Assembly (NCBI GenBank): GCA_001724265.1
Contig: MEDY01000016.1
Coordinates: 1-64,000, forward strand
Direction of reading: 5' to 3'
DNA length: 64,000 nucleotides
Source: Rhizaria sp. SCN 62-66
Taxonomy: Eukaryota
The position numbers and the translations under genes were made by a program. Of this stretch, positions 38,701 to 51,548 are shown in pieces. Each line of letters begins with the position of its first letter. Within the stretch, counting starts at the first letter, position 1. Under the pieces are notes generated by a model. That model was not told the origin of the DNA and did not search any database. It saw nothing but the letters and a program-made list of their open reading frames with translations.

Positions 38701-41700
38701 CGCCATCGAGAGCGCCATCGCGCACATCAAGGAAGCCGCGCACGCCGCCGCCGCGCAGTGCGCCGCGTAGTCAGCCGCCATCAGCACGGCCTACGGGGCC
38801 CACTTCGCCGCCTCACGCGGCCAGTCACGGGCGCAGTTGCAGGCCAAGTCGGCGCACGCGAGCGTGAGCGAGCTGCTGCGGCTGCCGGCCTTCACGCCGT
38901 CCGTCGCGCCCCGCGGTGCCGCCTTCGCGCTGGCGCTACTGTCGGCGCGCGCGGCCGCGGATCCTGAGGCGACGCTGCGTGCGCTGCAGCAGCTGTGCAG
39001 CTCGCACTCGACGACGGGCCGCTTCCTCGCCTCGCAGCGCATGTTCGGCATGGCCGTGCAAAACGTGGTGCTGGCCGACGCGTGGCCATTGCTGCCGCAG
39101 GTGCTGGAGCTCATGACGCAGCGCCGCACGCACCCCAACAAGGTGATGTTGACTGCGCTTATGTCCACCTCGCTGCAGCGCCGTGCGCCGCTGCAGGCGC
39201 TGGCCGCGTTCGACACCTTCTTCGTGCCGCCCAGCCAGCGCATGGAGCGCGTCATGGAGGCGCTGCGCCACGACGGGCGCGACCGTGCGATGCTGCAGGC
39301 GGCCGCAGGCGCACTGCAGTGGGCCGGCGTCGACCCGCTGACCGGCGAGGGCATCCTGCCCGGGACCGACCCCGCCACGGCGGCCGCGGCGGCCGCGGTG
39401 GGGAAGCTGCTGCGCGAGAGCGTCGAAGGCGAGCGAGCCGCCGGGTGGTTTGAGGATGCCGCTAACGGCAGTCTGGCGCAGCCGGTGATGGAGATGGTCG
39501 AGCGCATCCAGGACGCCGTCGCCATCAGCAACGAAATCAACAGTAAGAGTGGGCACAAGAGCGGTAGCAAGAGCAGCAGCAACGCCAACGACGGCGGCCC
39601 AAATGCTCGCATCGAGTCCCCCAACGCGCACATCAACGCTGGCGCGAGCGGCGGCAGCAGCGACACCCACAGTGCCGGCAACTCTAGCAACGACCTCGAG
39701 GAGCTGCTCACGGTCACCACCGACTCTGCCCCGTTCACGCAGCTCGGCGCGCGCCTGATGCCGCAGCTGCTGAGCGCCGTGCGCACCTTCTACGCCGTGG
39801 CGCGGCCCTCGCTGCTCTCCGCAGTGGCGGGCGTGACGACCGCGGTGCCCGAGCAGCGGCTCGAGAGCGAGTGGGCCGCGCTCGTGTCGGCCGTGCACCG
39901 CGGCTGCGCAGTCGCCGCCGCGCGGACCGACTTGGCCGCGCAGCTGCAGCAGCACCACCAGCAGCGCGCGCAGCTCTCGCAGCGGCATCGGGAGTGGCGC
40001 CGGGCCTAGGGCGACGCCGCCGGTGCCGCCGACGCAGACGCTGAGGCCGATGGCGAGGGCGAGGGCGAGTTCGACGACGAGGACTACTACGCGGCCCACG
40101 CGGCCACGACCCCGCGAGGCGTGATGACAGGCGAGGGGCCGGGCGGGCTCTGGGGCCCCACGGCGCTGCTCCCGTCGCTGTCCGTCACAGGCGGCAGCGC
40201 TCCCGCTAAGAACAACGACAACGACACTGCGAGTGCTCTTGACGGCGCCGCGAGCGGCGTGACGACCGTGGTCGCAATCCCCAGTCCCGTGGGCGAGAGC
40301 ATGGGCGCGACGAGCGCCATTGCGGCCGCCGTCGCGGGCACGGGGCGCTTCGACGAACTCGCGCGCGCCGAGAACCGCGCGTACCCCGTCGCGGACCCCG
40401 CGCCCGTTACCGACACGGACCTGCTCGAGCTCGCGGCCGCCTCGGGCGCGGGCTCTGGCCTCGATGCCGGCAGTGGCGGCGGCGGCGCGGGCGGCGAGAT
40501 CGACATCGGGCGCATGCTGGGGTCGCTCAAGACTGACTCGATGGGCGCGCTGCTGTGGGGTGCCGAGGCCGAGGGGCTCGCCGCGCCTTCACCGGCGGTC
40601 ACGGCCGCTGCAGACAGCGACGGAAGGAGTAAGAGCAGGAACGGAGCTGAGGTTGTCGATGGGATCGCGCGCGCACGCGAGTCTCGCGCGGCCTCTGTTG
40701 CCGTCGCGGTGGCGCATGCCACGGCAACCGCCGCCGCGCCCACCGCGGCCGGCCTGCGCAGCGAGAGCGAGCATGGCGGCAACTCGACCGCGACGATAGA
40801 GAACTTTCCCTCGTCGTCCTATAACGCAACTGCAGACTTTAACTCTGGTAACGACTCTGCTGCCGTTGCTGATGTCGATTTTGACCTGATGCCGTGCCAC
40901 ATCGACCCTGAGACGGGCGCGTCGATGCCGTGGCCGCCGCTGCCCACGTCCGCGCCCGCGGCCTCGCTGCCCTGGGCGAGCTCGGTCCTCGCGGCCGAGC
41001 GCGAGCGCGCACTCGAAGTGGACACGCACCCTATCCTGCTCGGCATCCAGCGCGCGCAGTCGGGCGAGTTCCCGCTCAATGTGTTCCTGCCCACAGCCTT
41101 CACGCTGCGCTGCGCCATCCGCGGCTGCCGCGACAACACCGCCGCGCCACTGTGGCGCGAGGCGCTGGTGCTGCTCGACCTCATGTTCCGCCTCGGCATG
41201 CCGCTGGACCCACACGCCGTAACGCTCACGGTGCAGACCTGCGCGCACGCGGACCGCGAGGCCGAGGTTGTGGCGCTCGTCAAGATGCTGCTGCAGTCAC
41301 AGGTGCCGCTGCGCGTGTCGTTCGCGGCCGATCTGGCCGTGTTCTTTGCGCGCCGCGGGTCCAACTCAACTCTGTTGTGGGACGTGCTACTCTGGACGCT
41401 GCAGTCGCCGGCCCCGCGCGACTCGGACGGGCCACGTCGGCTGGACTCGGCGTTCCTTAACAACCTCGTCAAGACGTTTGTGCTCGAAGGATACCCGATG
41501 CGTGCGGCCGCGTTCCTGCTCGCCGTGCTGCGCGTGTCGCCCAAGACGCTGTCGCTGTACTCCGCGCTCACACACGCGGCGGCCCAGGCGCTGCCGCGGC
41601 TCGACGACGTGGCCGCGATCATCCTCCGCACGCAGGAGCAGCGGTACAGCCGCGAGTTCACCACTGCGGCGGGATCGGCCGTGAGCCGCGGCGGCGACGG

Positions 41701-43897
41701 CGGCGTCGTGCTGTCCAACGTGCTGCTGCCGCTGGGGCCCGGCATCGCGACGCGGTCAGCGTACCCGGCACGCGGCCACTTCGCGCCGCTGTCAGTCGAG
41801 GCGCTGATCCCATCCTGGCGCCTCGTCATGATGGGGCTCGCGCTGTACCACCAGCCTAGCGGGCTGCGCCTTGTCGTACAGCTCTGGGCGCGGCGCCAGC
41901 TCGTCCCGCTCACGCACACGTTGGGATACCTGGACCACTTGGCGCTGCTCATCGCCGTTGCGCGCTACGGCTCAAGCCGCCGCATGCTGCTCGCCATGGC
42001 CAGCGCGCGCCCCAACGGCCGCTCGCTGCGTATTGTGCCGCGCCCGATGCGCACTGCGCGTGTCGACGAGGTCCCCGGCCGCGCGCCGTCGCCCGGCGTA
42101 GATGTGATCCACAACGGCACCATGCCCAAGATGTACATGCACTTGCTTGCCGCAGAGACGCTGGCGCGGTTCCTTGTTAACGTTGACGTGCCGATGCACA
42201 ACAACCCGTATGAGGACACGCTGCGGTTCATCGCACGCGACGCCGAGCTCGCGTTTGCTGACGTCCTGCCTCATAGTGGCAGCATGACTGCGCACAGTGA
42301 CAACAACGATAATGCGGATTGCACTGATGACGTGAGCGTTCACCTTGACGCAAACTCTCTCATCGACTCAGCCTCTGCGACTCAGTCGCAGTCGCGCGTG
42401 TCGATGACGACTCTGATCGCCAAGGCGCACCGCATGTCCTCCGAGAGCCTGCCACCGATGACGCCAGAGACTATGCGCGCCACCGCCGACGCCGATGTGC
42501 TGCGCGCGGAGCTCGCGGTTTCCGACTCCGTCTCTAACGCCGCCAACACCACCAGTGAGAATAATAGCAGCAGCGTGGTAACGACGACCGCTGCGGTCGA
42601 CTATGACATCCCGCACGTCGAGGCGCTGTGGCCCTACATCCGCTTCGTTGCCAGCTCCTCGCGCTTTCCCCCGTCGAAGCAGCAGCTCATCACACTCGCA
42701 GATCAGCTGTGGGACCTCATGGTGGCGCGGTTTCAGGTCAAGTCCTCGCTCACGGTCTTCTCGCTCAATCAGCTAGTGCTTGCCGCCGGGCCCTCCACCG
42801 CGGCCGCGGCCCAGCTCGTCACGGACGCGAGCGACAGCAACAGCGGCAGCCTCGTCACCGGCATGGCGCCCCTGCGCGTGCGCGACGGCACGCTGCCGCT
42901 CTTCTCTGCGGTGCGTTTCGCGCGCATGAACCACAGCGACTACCGCGAGCGGTACCCTGTCGCGGCTGCGCGCGCGGACGCCGTGGTGCGCGCGCTGCCC
43001 ACATGCGCCCTGACACCCTCTCTGTGGTCAACGCACTACAGCCAGCACACTCCCGACGAGGACCCGATGCTGGCGCGCACGCTCTCCGTCGCGGGCAAGC
43101 ACACGCTGTTCGACAAGAACCCCAACGGGCACGGCAGCATTGCTGCCAACCCGGCCGCGGCCGTCGCGTCGGTGGGCTATGTCACGCCCGAACTTGACGC
43201 CGCGCCCGCGACGGGCCTCGTGATCCCGCGCACGGCTGTGGACGTGCTCTCGCGCGCTCTGCGCGAACCTGCGGGCGCGGATGCGCTGCTACAGTGCTCC
43301 GACGCCGCACTCGCCGACGCCGGGTTTACGGGCCGCGGCGTCAACACGGGCACGGAGACGCACATGATCGTGGTGGACCTGCGTAACCACTCCTTCGCCA
43401 CGGGCACGCTCGCGCTGCGCCGCGCGCTCAGGGAGCTCATCGACTGGGGCTGCGTGCGGGCGCGCGCCGCGCAGGAGGCCGCCACGCCGCACTCTGCCGC
43501 GCGCGGGAGCGCCAAGCGCGAGAGCGCCGCCACTGCCAAGAGCAGCACGGCAGGGGGCAAGACGCCGCCCGGCCCGACTGCGAGCCCCCAGCTGCCGGGC
43601 TCGCTGATGATCCTGGCCTACTCGCACTACAGCCGCGCGCCGCACACCGTCACGACGCGGCTCATGACCGCGTTTGATCTGCCCGCGGTACTCATGCGTC
43701 TCGGGTTCCCGCGCGCGTACCTTTCGTCGCCTATCTCTGTCGACGCAGCGTTGGCACCCGAGGGCGCCGAAGGCGGGCCTGCGGCCGCCGTGGTGATCCC
43801 TGCTGCTGCATTGAACCAGTGGTTGTACTGTGCGATCCAGCCGCACCAGACGGCACTGCCTGCGCTCGCGCAGGACTTGAAGAACCACTTTGCCTAA
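35738..43897 (+). CDS. Giant PPR-like protein with a putative organellar (mitochondrial) presequence and possible C-terminal SMR domain; in-frame TAGs at 38768-38770 and 40007-40009 (~2719 aa if read through)
   Basis: Three same-frame ORFs are separated only by TAGs. PPR-like helices occur in all three segments: YHAALFCAAMLARPDLALAVTRSM; VLELMTQRRTHPNKVMLTALMS; WREALVLLDLMFRLGMPLDPHAVTLTVQTC. C-terminal VVDLRNHSFATGTLALRRAL resembles the start of an SMR domain. Ends TAA followed by an abrupt AT-rich spacer. Confidence 0.65.
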
Positions 43898-44293
43898 ACG
43901 AATGTGGACTTAAACAATATTTAATATCACTATTTATAAAAGAATGTATCACTAGTAATCATCAAACATCTAGAAATCAAACTTAAACGATATTATTATT
44001 TATTTAACATTGTCTGTAATACAAATATCACGCAACTGTTGTTAGATTTATCGGTCCTATTCACTCCAGCTTTGCGGCGTTACACGTGGCGAGTGTGCAC
44101 GACCAAAGCAATTTTGAATGACTTATATCGATTTGGAACTACCGTTAAAGCGCCTTTGAGCATATTAACTCACATCAAGAGCACATTCAATATTTTGAAA
44201 AACATTAAACTCACTCTCTTGGAACTTCGGAACAACTTGAAATTGTGGCGCAGCAAGTAAAAGCTGTGGCACAGCTGTTGAAGTGCCACCACC

Positions 44294-47200
44294 ATGGAGC
44301 TTTTCGATGGATTAAAGCACCACACACTTCTGAGTGTGCGCTTACGCAACAACCAACTTGAGCTTTTAATCTCGCCTCCAAAGCGGGCGTATAGGTTCGT
44401 CTTCATTTATTCACTTTAAGTCGCACACCCTTGCAATCAACTGCACCAGATCATCACCAGTCTCAGCTTGCTCTCTCTCTTTCTTGTCGCCAAACGTCGT
44501 CTTTTTAGTCACGCTCTTGATGAGCACCGCGCTGATTGGGAGCCGTGTGACTCTTTGACAATCCATCCGTACCGCCCGAATGAATCACCCGATCTGCGCC
44601 TCGTAGACAATCGCATTCTGCGTTCGTTTCTACTCACGTGGCTCAACGCTTTCGGCACATCTGCCGCAACAGGCCTCCAACTCACACGCGTTGCACCATT
44701 TCCTATCTCACGCCATGCGGGCCCTGTAGATAGCTCTTGCGAGACGCCCCAGTCAGTCGTCGGTGCACCGGTCTATGCGCGCTGTGGGCTCAGTCCTGGT
44801 TCAGCGGCGTTCATCGGGGCGCTCTCTGCAACAAACTCAATGACTGCGGCAAATCACAACAATAGCATTCACACCAGTGTGCTCAACCACGTTTCCGCCA
44901 TCAGTGCGGCTGCAGCTGCGGCGCTCAACGGAGCTGTGCTCGGCTCGGTCCCTGGCAGCTTTGTGACTAACATTACGAGCAGTGATGAGTACTTCAGCGA
45001 CACTGCTGCTGGTGTTGAGAGTGGTGTTCACAGCTCAGGTAGTTACGGTGTTTCTAGCAGCAACGGTATCAGCAGTGGTAGCGGCAGTGATACGCCTCTA
45101 AGCGGCTTCCATGGAGCCCGCAGTGGCTCTGCGTCATTTCTGCTTGCACCGCGAGAGGCACTGCTGCGCGTGTGGCGACAGTGTGTGTTCCCCCTGAGCT
45201 TTATGTTGCACAAGGAGCGCGCACGCAGTATCGCGTTGCAACAACACGTCGATAGTCTTCTTGACATTGACGCACAGCAACAGCTGCTGCAGCAGCAGCG
45301 TGGACAGCAGACTTCTCAACAAAGGAACCACGGTGGCGGCAATGTAACGAGTACTCAGTGTCCGATAGCGCGCGCCAAAGCAGCTAATGAGCTCTCTCCA
45401 ATGGTACCGTTGCCATTGAGCAACGGCTCTGCAGAAGCTTCTACTAAAAACACCCACAATAATCACAAGACAAACATGATCCACAATGTTGGCAAGTTTC
45501 ACCTTCGCCCGTCACCCCCAACCGCGCTGCTGCCACCGCCGCTGCTTGCCCCAGCGTCGCCATCATGCAGCAGCGTGCTCGCTACACCACTTGTGGTTAC
45601 ACAGCGGCGCAGGCCTGGTCGGCATTTACGCGCGCCGACGCAGGTCGCCGTTACAGTGGCAACGCCGCTGGGAACTGAGACCACGGAAACGCCGCAATCG
45701 CGCGCGGCGACAGAGACGCACGCGGCAGAAGTGCGCCAGCGCGAGGAAAGAGTCACAAATGCTCGCGCTCGCGTTAGAGTAAGCGCAGGACTACACGAGA
45801 ACTACAACACCACTGCTAACGCTTCCTCCGTGAAGACCTTGCTCGCTGACTGCGAAACTTATGCTGCCGATTGTGAGCGTAAAGTTAGCGTATGTACGTC
45901 CGTCACTCACCTCACAGCTTTAGACTTTAAAGGAGAGAAAGAATATGTCGGCAAGCTGACAACAACTGCACTGATAGCAAGAAACCTGCTGCCAGCATTG
46001 CCAGGCCAGACTCCGCGCATAATCAATGTAGCATCTTCGAATGATGTGAACAACAAGTACACCGCTGCAGTACTGAACAGTAGCAACGAGTTTAACATCA
46101 GTGATGACAGCAGCGTTTGCGTTGATGGGGCTGCTATTGAAGCGACGCCACTTGCCTTTGCTGTCACCGGCTACAAAGACAAGTCCGTGTCCCCAGCCTC
46201 AGACGCAGAAACAATGCTCTCCGCCGCAACTGAAGCCACGCCGCGCGCTTATAAATTGACATCAGTGCAGGCGCCTACGCCTGCAACTGTGGCTCCGCAT
46301 AGACGAACGCTAACCTGTCTTGACGTTGCTAGCTTAATGTTGGTTGCAAACAACATCAACGACCACTGCGACGGAAATATTAAAACAGACGCAAATACTG
46401 CAAAAGTGGAACCAACTGCCCACAAATGCAGTGAAGACCCAGTCATCTCCTCCTCAGCTCGCACACTAACTGCTAATCCCGTATCAGCAAGTAGCAGTTG
46501 CCAGCACGTGCCTCGATTGCCGGCACGCAGGCTATCAGCAGCGAGCTCCACAGTTGATACCATTGCTGATGTGACAGCTCCTAGCACAAATCGCGCTGCT
46601 GCAGGGCTGCATACGCCCGGTTCTTTGCTGTGCACTGTGAGTGATGCGCCATCTAACTGCGTAAACGAGGTCTACGTCAACTCTAACGCAGCAGTGACTG
46701 ATATTCACGGGAGCGCCACTCCCGCAAACGCACGCGTAAAGGCGGAGAATAGCGCTGGTAGAGATGGCATGAGCGGGAGCCTTGCACCTTTGACGTTAGC
46801 GCGTCAAGGGAGCCTTCCCGCGCGCCCGCCAACAGTCCCATTGCCGGCCCTACCAACAGACACCACGCAGCTGCGCCCAGCCTTACTGCACCATACACAG
46901 CCTAAGTCTCAGATACAGTTACAGCCTCAGTCGCAACTAGTACAGTCAGCAATTCGCATTGTAGAGTATGATGGTGCGGCGCTGGTAACTGAAGCACGGC
47001 TTCGCAGCGCGGTAGCGGCGCAACGTGCTCTTGCACCCGTAACTATTAATCTTGCGGGTAGTGACCTCGCCGCTGCAAACGCTGCTTTTGAAGAGGAAGG
47101 CAAAGTTGCGCTCGCATCACGACTTCAACGCGCTCACTTCAACAGCAAGCAGGCAAGTACCGGTGACACTGGAGAAGTCGACCACAGTAAGAAATGCGGT

Positions 47201-50200
47201 GATAGTGAGCATAGCACCGGTTGTGAAAACGACGGGAGCGAAGCCAGGGATAACTCATACTTGCACCAGTATCTATTATCAGTTGCAGTTGCGACAGAAG
47301 AAAAGAGAGAGAGTGCAACATTGCTGCCATATACAACTGCTCTTCAAAACCTTAGCAGTCACAGTGGCGACGTGCACGCTGCTAATGCCCCTATAAGTGA
47401 GTATTTAGCACGGCGAATCAGCCAAGCTGCCGCTGGTGCTACTTTCACAGGTAATATGTCGTCTGCAGGCACTGAATCAAAGCAATCGTTAAAGTTAATG
47501 CATGTTTGTGCCAATTCTCGCGCATCATCAACTGACGCTGCGCCAGTTACTCGACCAAAATGTGATCTTCCCCCTTTGCCTATGCCAACCGTGCTTGCTT
47601 TTTCCAGTAGCGGGAAGCAAAGGCATCGACACAGCTATAGCCACAGTTACAGCAATAGCTCGAACAACGCGCTTCAGACATCAATAGTCATTCCCAGCGC
47701 CGCTGAAAATATTAGCCGTTCATTGTTAGCAAGACGTATTGACAACAACCACAGTCACAGTCAGAATACATCGCCGGCAAGCGTTAGCAGCGACTCCTCG
47801 GTTGTTAACAACAACCGCGACAGCTGCAGAATAGTTGCCGCAAATGAATGTCTTCCTGTCACAAACAGCAATGAAGTGCTTCCCAACAGCAGCAGCCGGG
47901 AAACACGCCGGCGCGGTACTCTTACAAGAAAGCTATTTAAGCATCAACTGCTTTATCATGGCGGACTGCAGGCGTACTGTCACGAGAGTGATGATGAGAA
48001 CAACACACAAGGAGATTTTGAGGAGCCGCCGTCCTCTGCCTCTCCTGTTGTTGCTGCAGCGGTCGCAGATGCAGATGCTAGTGCTGCGACAATTTCCGCA
48101 GGCGCGCACTCGTTTGATACATCATTTGTTGACTTGTTTAACACAACTCGCACTTCAAACCACAACACTCTTAGTGATCGAAACAATCGGGCATTATCTA
48201 GCGCTGCGATTGCGTTTGTGCCAACGGTTGCCACTAGTGCCACAGTCGTCCCTAGTGGTGCAATTACACTGTCACCTAAGTCTGTTGCGGCAAGTAGCAC
48301 GTGGGAACAAGAGATATTTGTGCGCGTGCGCCCAGGATGCTATCTTGCTGTGCGCTCGGGTGGGGCATACGACATGCCTGCCAGCAACACAAGCACTAAC
48401 ATAAACGGTGACCATGTTGAAGATACGAATGTAAGTGATACTACGTTCCCAAGTACACTATTGATTAATGACAGCGCGCGTAGTGAGCAGCCGCAAGATG
48501 CTGAGCTTGCAGGTACCAGTGTGTCACAAAGCGCTGTGCAAGCAGGCTCTGTCATAGCACAGAGTTTAAGATCTGAGCTTACCGCGGGCGACGTAAGTGA
48601 TGCATGGGAAAAGGCCAAGAAAGCATGCAACTACAATAGCAACGGCTCTGGCTCACTGCCATCAACACCAAGTGTTGAGCCGCTTTCTGAGAGCGACTGT
48701 GGAAACAACATGTCCAGCGATAATGAAGACAAACGTAGTAACGGGAACAGCGGGCTTTTGATAACCGACGACAGCAGCGCCTTAGCTCGGACCACTGCCG
48801 CGGATACCAATGCTGTGGCATCAGAGAAGAGTGTAAGCTGCAATGATAGTGATGACGAGAACAAATCTTGTGTCAACAATTATGTGCTCAAGCACGGTCT
48901 TGACAGCACAACTAGTGGCATTAGCAGCAAATTTAGTAGCTTCTGCGACACGAGTGAAGGATCGTCGAATAACGTTACTGCGCTGCTGCAAACATTCACC
49001 TCAGCAATGCTTAATACCCTGCTGCCAGCGCCTGGTGGTGATAGCAGCGGCAGCGACAATGATAGTCCCCAGCAGAGTCCGACCGTCAGCGTAAACTCTA
49101 GACGCCATAACGACCGTCAAGCTACTGTAGCGGAGTCTGTTTCTAAAAGTGGCATGACAAGTCTTGATCTTAACCTTGGCAGTAGTGACATAACTAACGC
49201 ACAGAGCATTAACGAAGCTTCTTTCAGTAACAGCCACAGACCAAGCAGTATTCCGGCGGGCGCAGTCGCTGTGCTAAGTGACTGTGTCCGCACAGTCACC
49301 ACGGCCATCTCACTTGAGCTTGTCGGTGATAGCACGGATCAGTCGCGCAGCAGCGCAACCGCTCACACAAGCAACAATACCGGCACGAACGTACATGAGC
49401 CGCAATGCGTGTTTGGTTTAGCGTTGCGGACTGATATCTTGCGCGCTCACACAATTACTAGCAGCAGCGCTGATAGTGCGAGTCACTGTACCACCCAAAC
49501 TCCGCCAGCGCCTGTTGCGTCTGTGGACGCAGATCACCGTCACACCACGATTCCGCTATCACTCTCGGTCACGCCTCCAGTTGCAGCATTTACCCTACAT
49601 GAACAGCAGCCAGAACATAAACAGGAGCAAGAGCCAGCCGTGGATATGAGTCAAACGCAGCAGACGTCTGTTTACGACGGTGACACTAACAATAACGCGT
49701 TTCCCGCAGAGCCCTGGCGCGTCTTAGCGCTTGCTAATGTCTTGTCTCCGCCAGCCAATGCTGCCGTTACAGCGGCGGCAACCGCAACACTTGTGCAACA
49801 CCGTCAGCAACGGTTACAACAGCAGCAGCACCATGGCGGAGATAGCAGTGATGGAACTAGTGACGGTGTGTTGTTTGGTAGCAGCGACAACAGCAGTGTC
49901 GCTGGTGACGGCGATGACAAACGTGCGCGCAATCGTCATAGTGTATGGTGCGAGTATAACGCAAACAACAGCGCAAGCGTCACATATGATAACAACGACA
50001 AGTGCGTCAATCCTGACTGCGCTGCGTATCATGACAATGGTGGTGACTATGAAGACTACGACAGTCTGCACACAAGCGACGAGTTCGACGCTCCCGACAC
50101 CGCGGAGCTCAACCTAACACCCGGCGGTGGGCAAGGCCCTGGTCGACTCTATCCAGACGCGTTCCGCACTACGTTTGCTCCGGTTGCAACGCCGGACATG

Positions 50201-51127
50201 CGCGCAGTGGCAACAACGTACAACGGAGGCGAAGACTCTCCCGCTTTGAACACCAAAACTACATCAGAGTTTCATAACAAGACGCTGCTCAGCGCAAGTG
50301 GCGTTGCTTTTGTTGAGGCCAAAAAAGCTGAAAATATTACTGCCCTTAATAATGATAAGAATGTTGTTTATGGCGCTTTAAACAGCGCTACGTCGCATTT
50401 GCGCAAAACTATTGCGAACGCTGCTGCGCTGCCACCCTCTGCTGCTGTTCACAGTCAGCGACTGTTTATGGGTGCAACTGTTGCGCCAATAGGATCATCA
50501 GCGGCAGTAACTGGGCCAGATGTTGCGCTGCTTCCCTTAATTCCCACGTTTGGCTTTGGTGCCCCTGTCACTGCTCAAAGCAGTGACAGAAACATTGTGT
50601 ATGCCAAAAACTCCGCCATTCATAGCACCACGACGGAATCGCAAACAACAGCGAGCGTGGCCACTAACACCCTGAACAGTACAACGTTTGAGTTCGAGCT
50701 TGTATCCGCTGCGCATTCCTCTGCTCAGAGTCAGTCAAACAAAAACAGCAGTGTTGATGCTCTCACAAACGAGAGCACAAACATCAACGCAGCTAGGACT
50801 GTCGAGCCGGTAGCAGCACACTCAGCTGTTACAGTGCGTGATTCTCCTGGCTCTAGCAGCAATAGCATTGCTGCGCGACAAGAGCTATAGTCAGAGCAGC
50901 GACAGCAGCACAGTCATGCGCAAGGCTGGGCTGCTGGTGTTGGCCAAAGCTGGCGCGAGTGGGGCCGCGGGGGCTGGGACGCGCTGCGTCGGGCCGCTGT
51001 CGCGGTTGGCGGCGGAAGTAAACCTGCTTTGAAGCAACAAGATCTCGTAGAGGATGATGAAGACTGCTACTAGTGCGGGTCTAAGGAAGACATGAAAAGT
51101 GGCGACGGCGAGTGCAGTGAAAAATGA
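44294..51127 (+). CDS. Very large Ser/Asn/Thr/Ala-rich protein, possibly with a split PH domain; probable intron 44395-44460; in-frame TAGs at 50888-50890 and 51071-51073 (~2255 aa)
   Basis: A 6.4-kb open frame with ATG 44294 in the context gccaccaccATGG. A 66-nt GTTCGT..CAG intron removes an in-frame TAA and keeps the frame. Coding-like sequence continues through two TAGs to TGA 51125-51127. Confidence 0.6.
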
Positions 51128-51548
51128 AAAGCAAATGCGTGTATTGACAAAATTGACTGCTCGATGGAGTGCCACATTAAGTGCAAATACCTTTAAAATT
51201 ATGAATAGAACTGTAAAGACATGATAATGCACCAAAAAATAAACAAAAAGCCAGTTTTGTTTAAAACCAAAAGTAAAAGTTAAAATATACGCTGAATGGG
51301 GCTAAAAGATTAAACAGAACAAAGCACGAGCACGCACGGTACGTGATCATGATAATGAAGGAACAACAAAGAGATAAGCGTCGCTGCAACATAGTAAATT
51401 ACAGTTACAAAGAAGGGTGAATTTTTCAAATATATACACAAACTTAACATCATAACAAGTTATACTGAGACTAGCATGAATATTAAAATAGCTGAAAACC
51501 TTATGTCTGCCTTTAACCAAACCGCGTCTACCATACTATACGCGAAGT

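Noticed and set aside
38740-38790. In-frame TAGs as 3' splice acceptors of small introns
   Set aside because: The other introns here are compositionally distinct, mostly AT- or pyrimidine-rich with GTACG-like donors. The TAG sites lie in uninterrupted coding-like sequence without such donors or tracts. Not formally excluded without RNA-seq.
35738-43897. TAG-containing genes as ordinary pseudogenes
   Set aside because: All seven interruptions are the same codon, with no frameshifts and no internal TAA/TGA over many kilobases. Random decay would not give this pattern.
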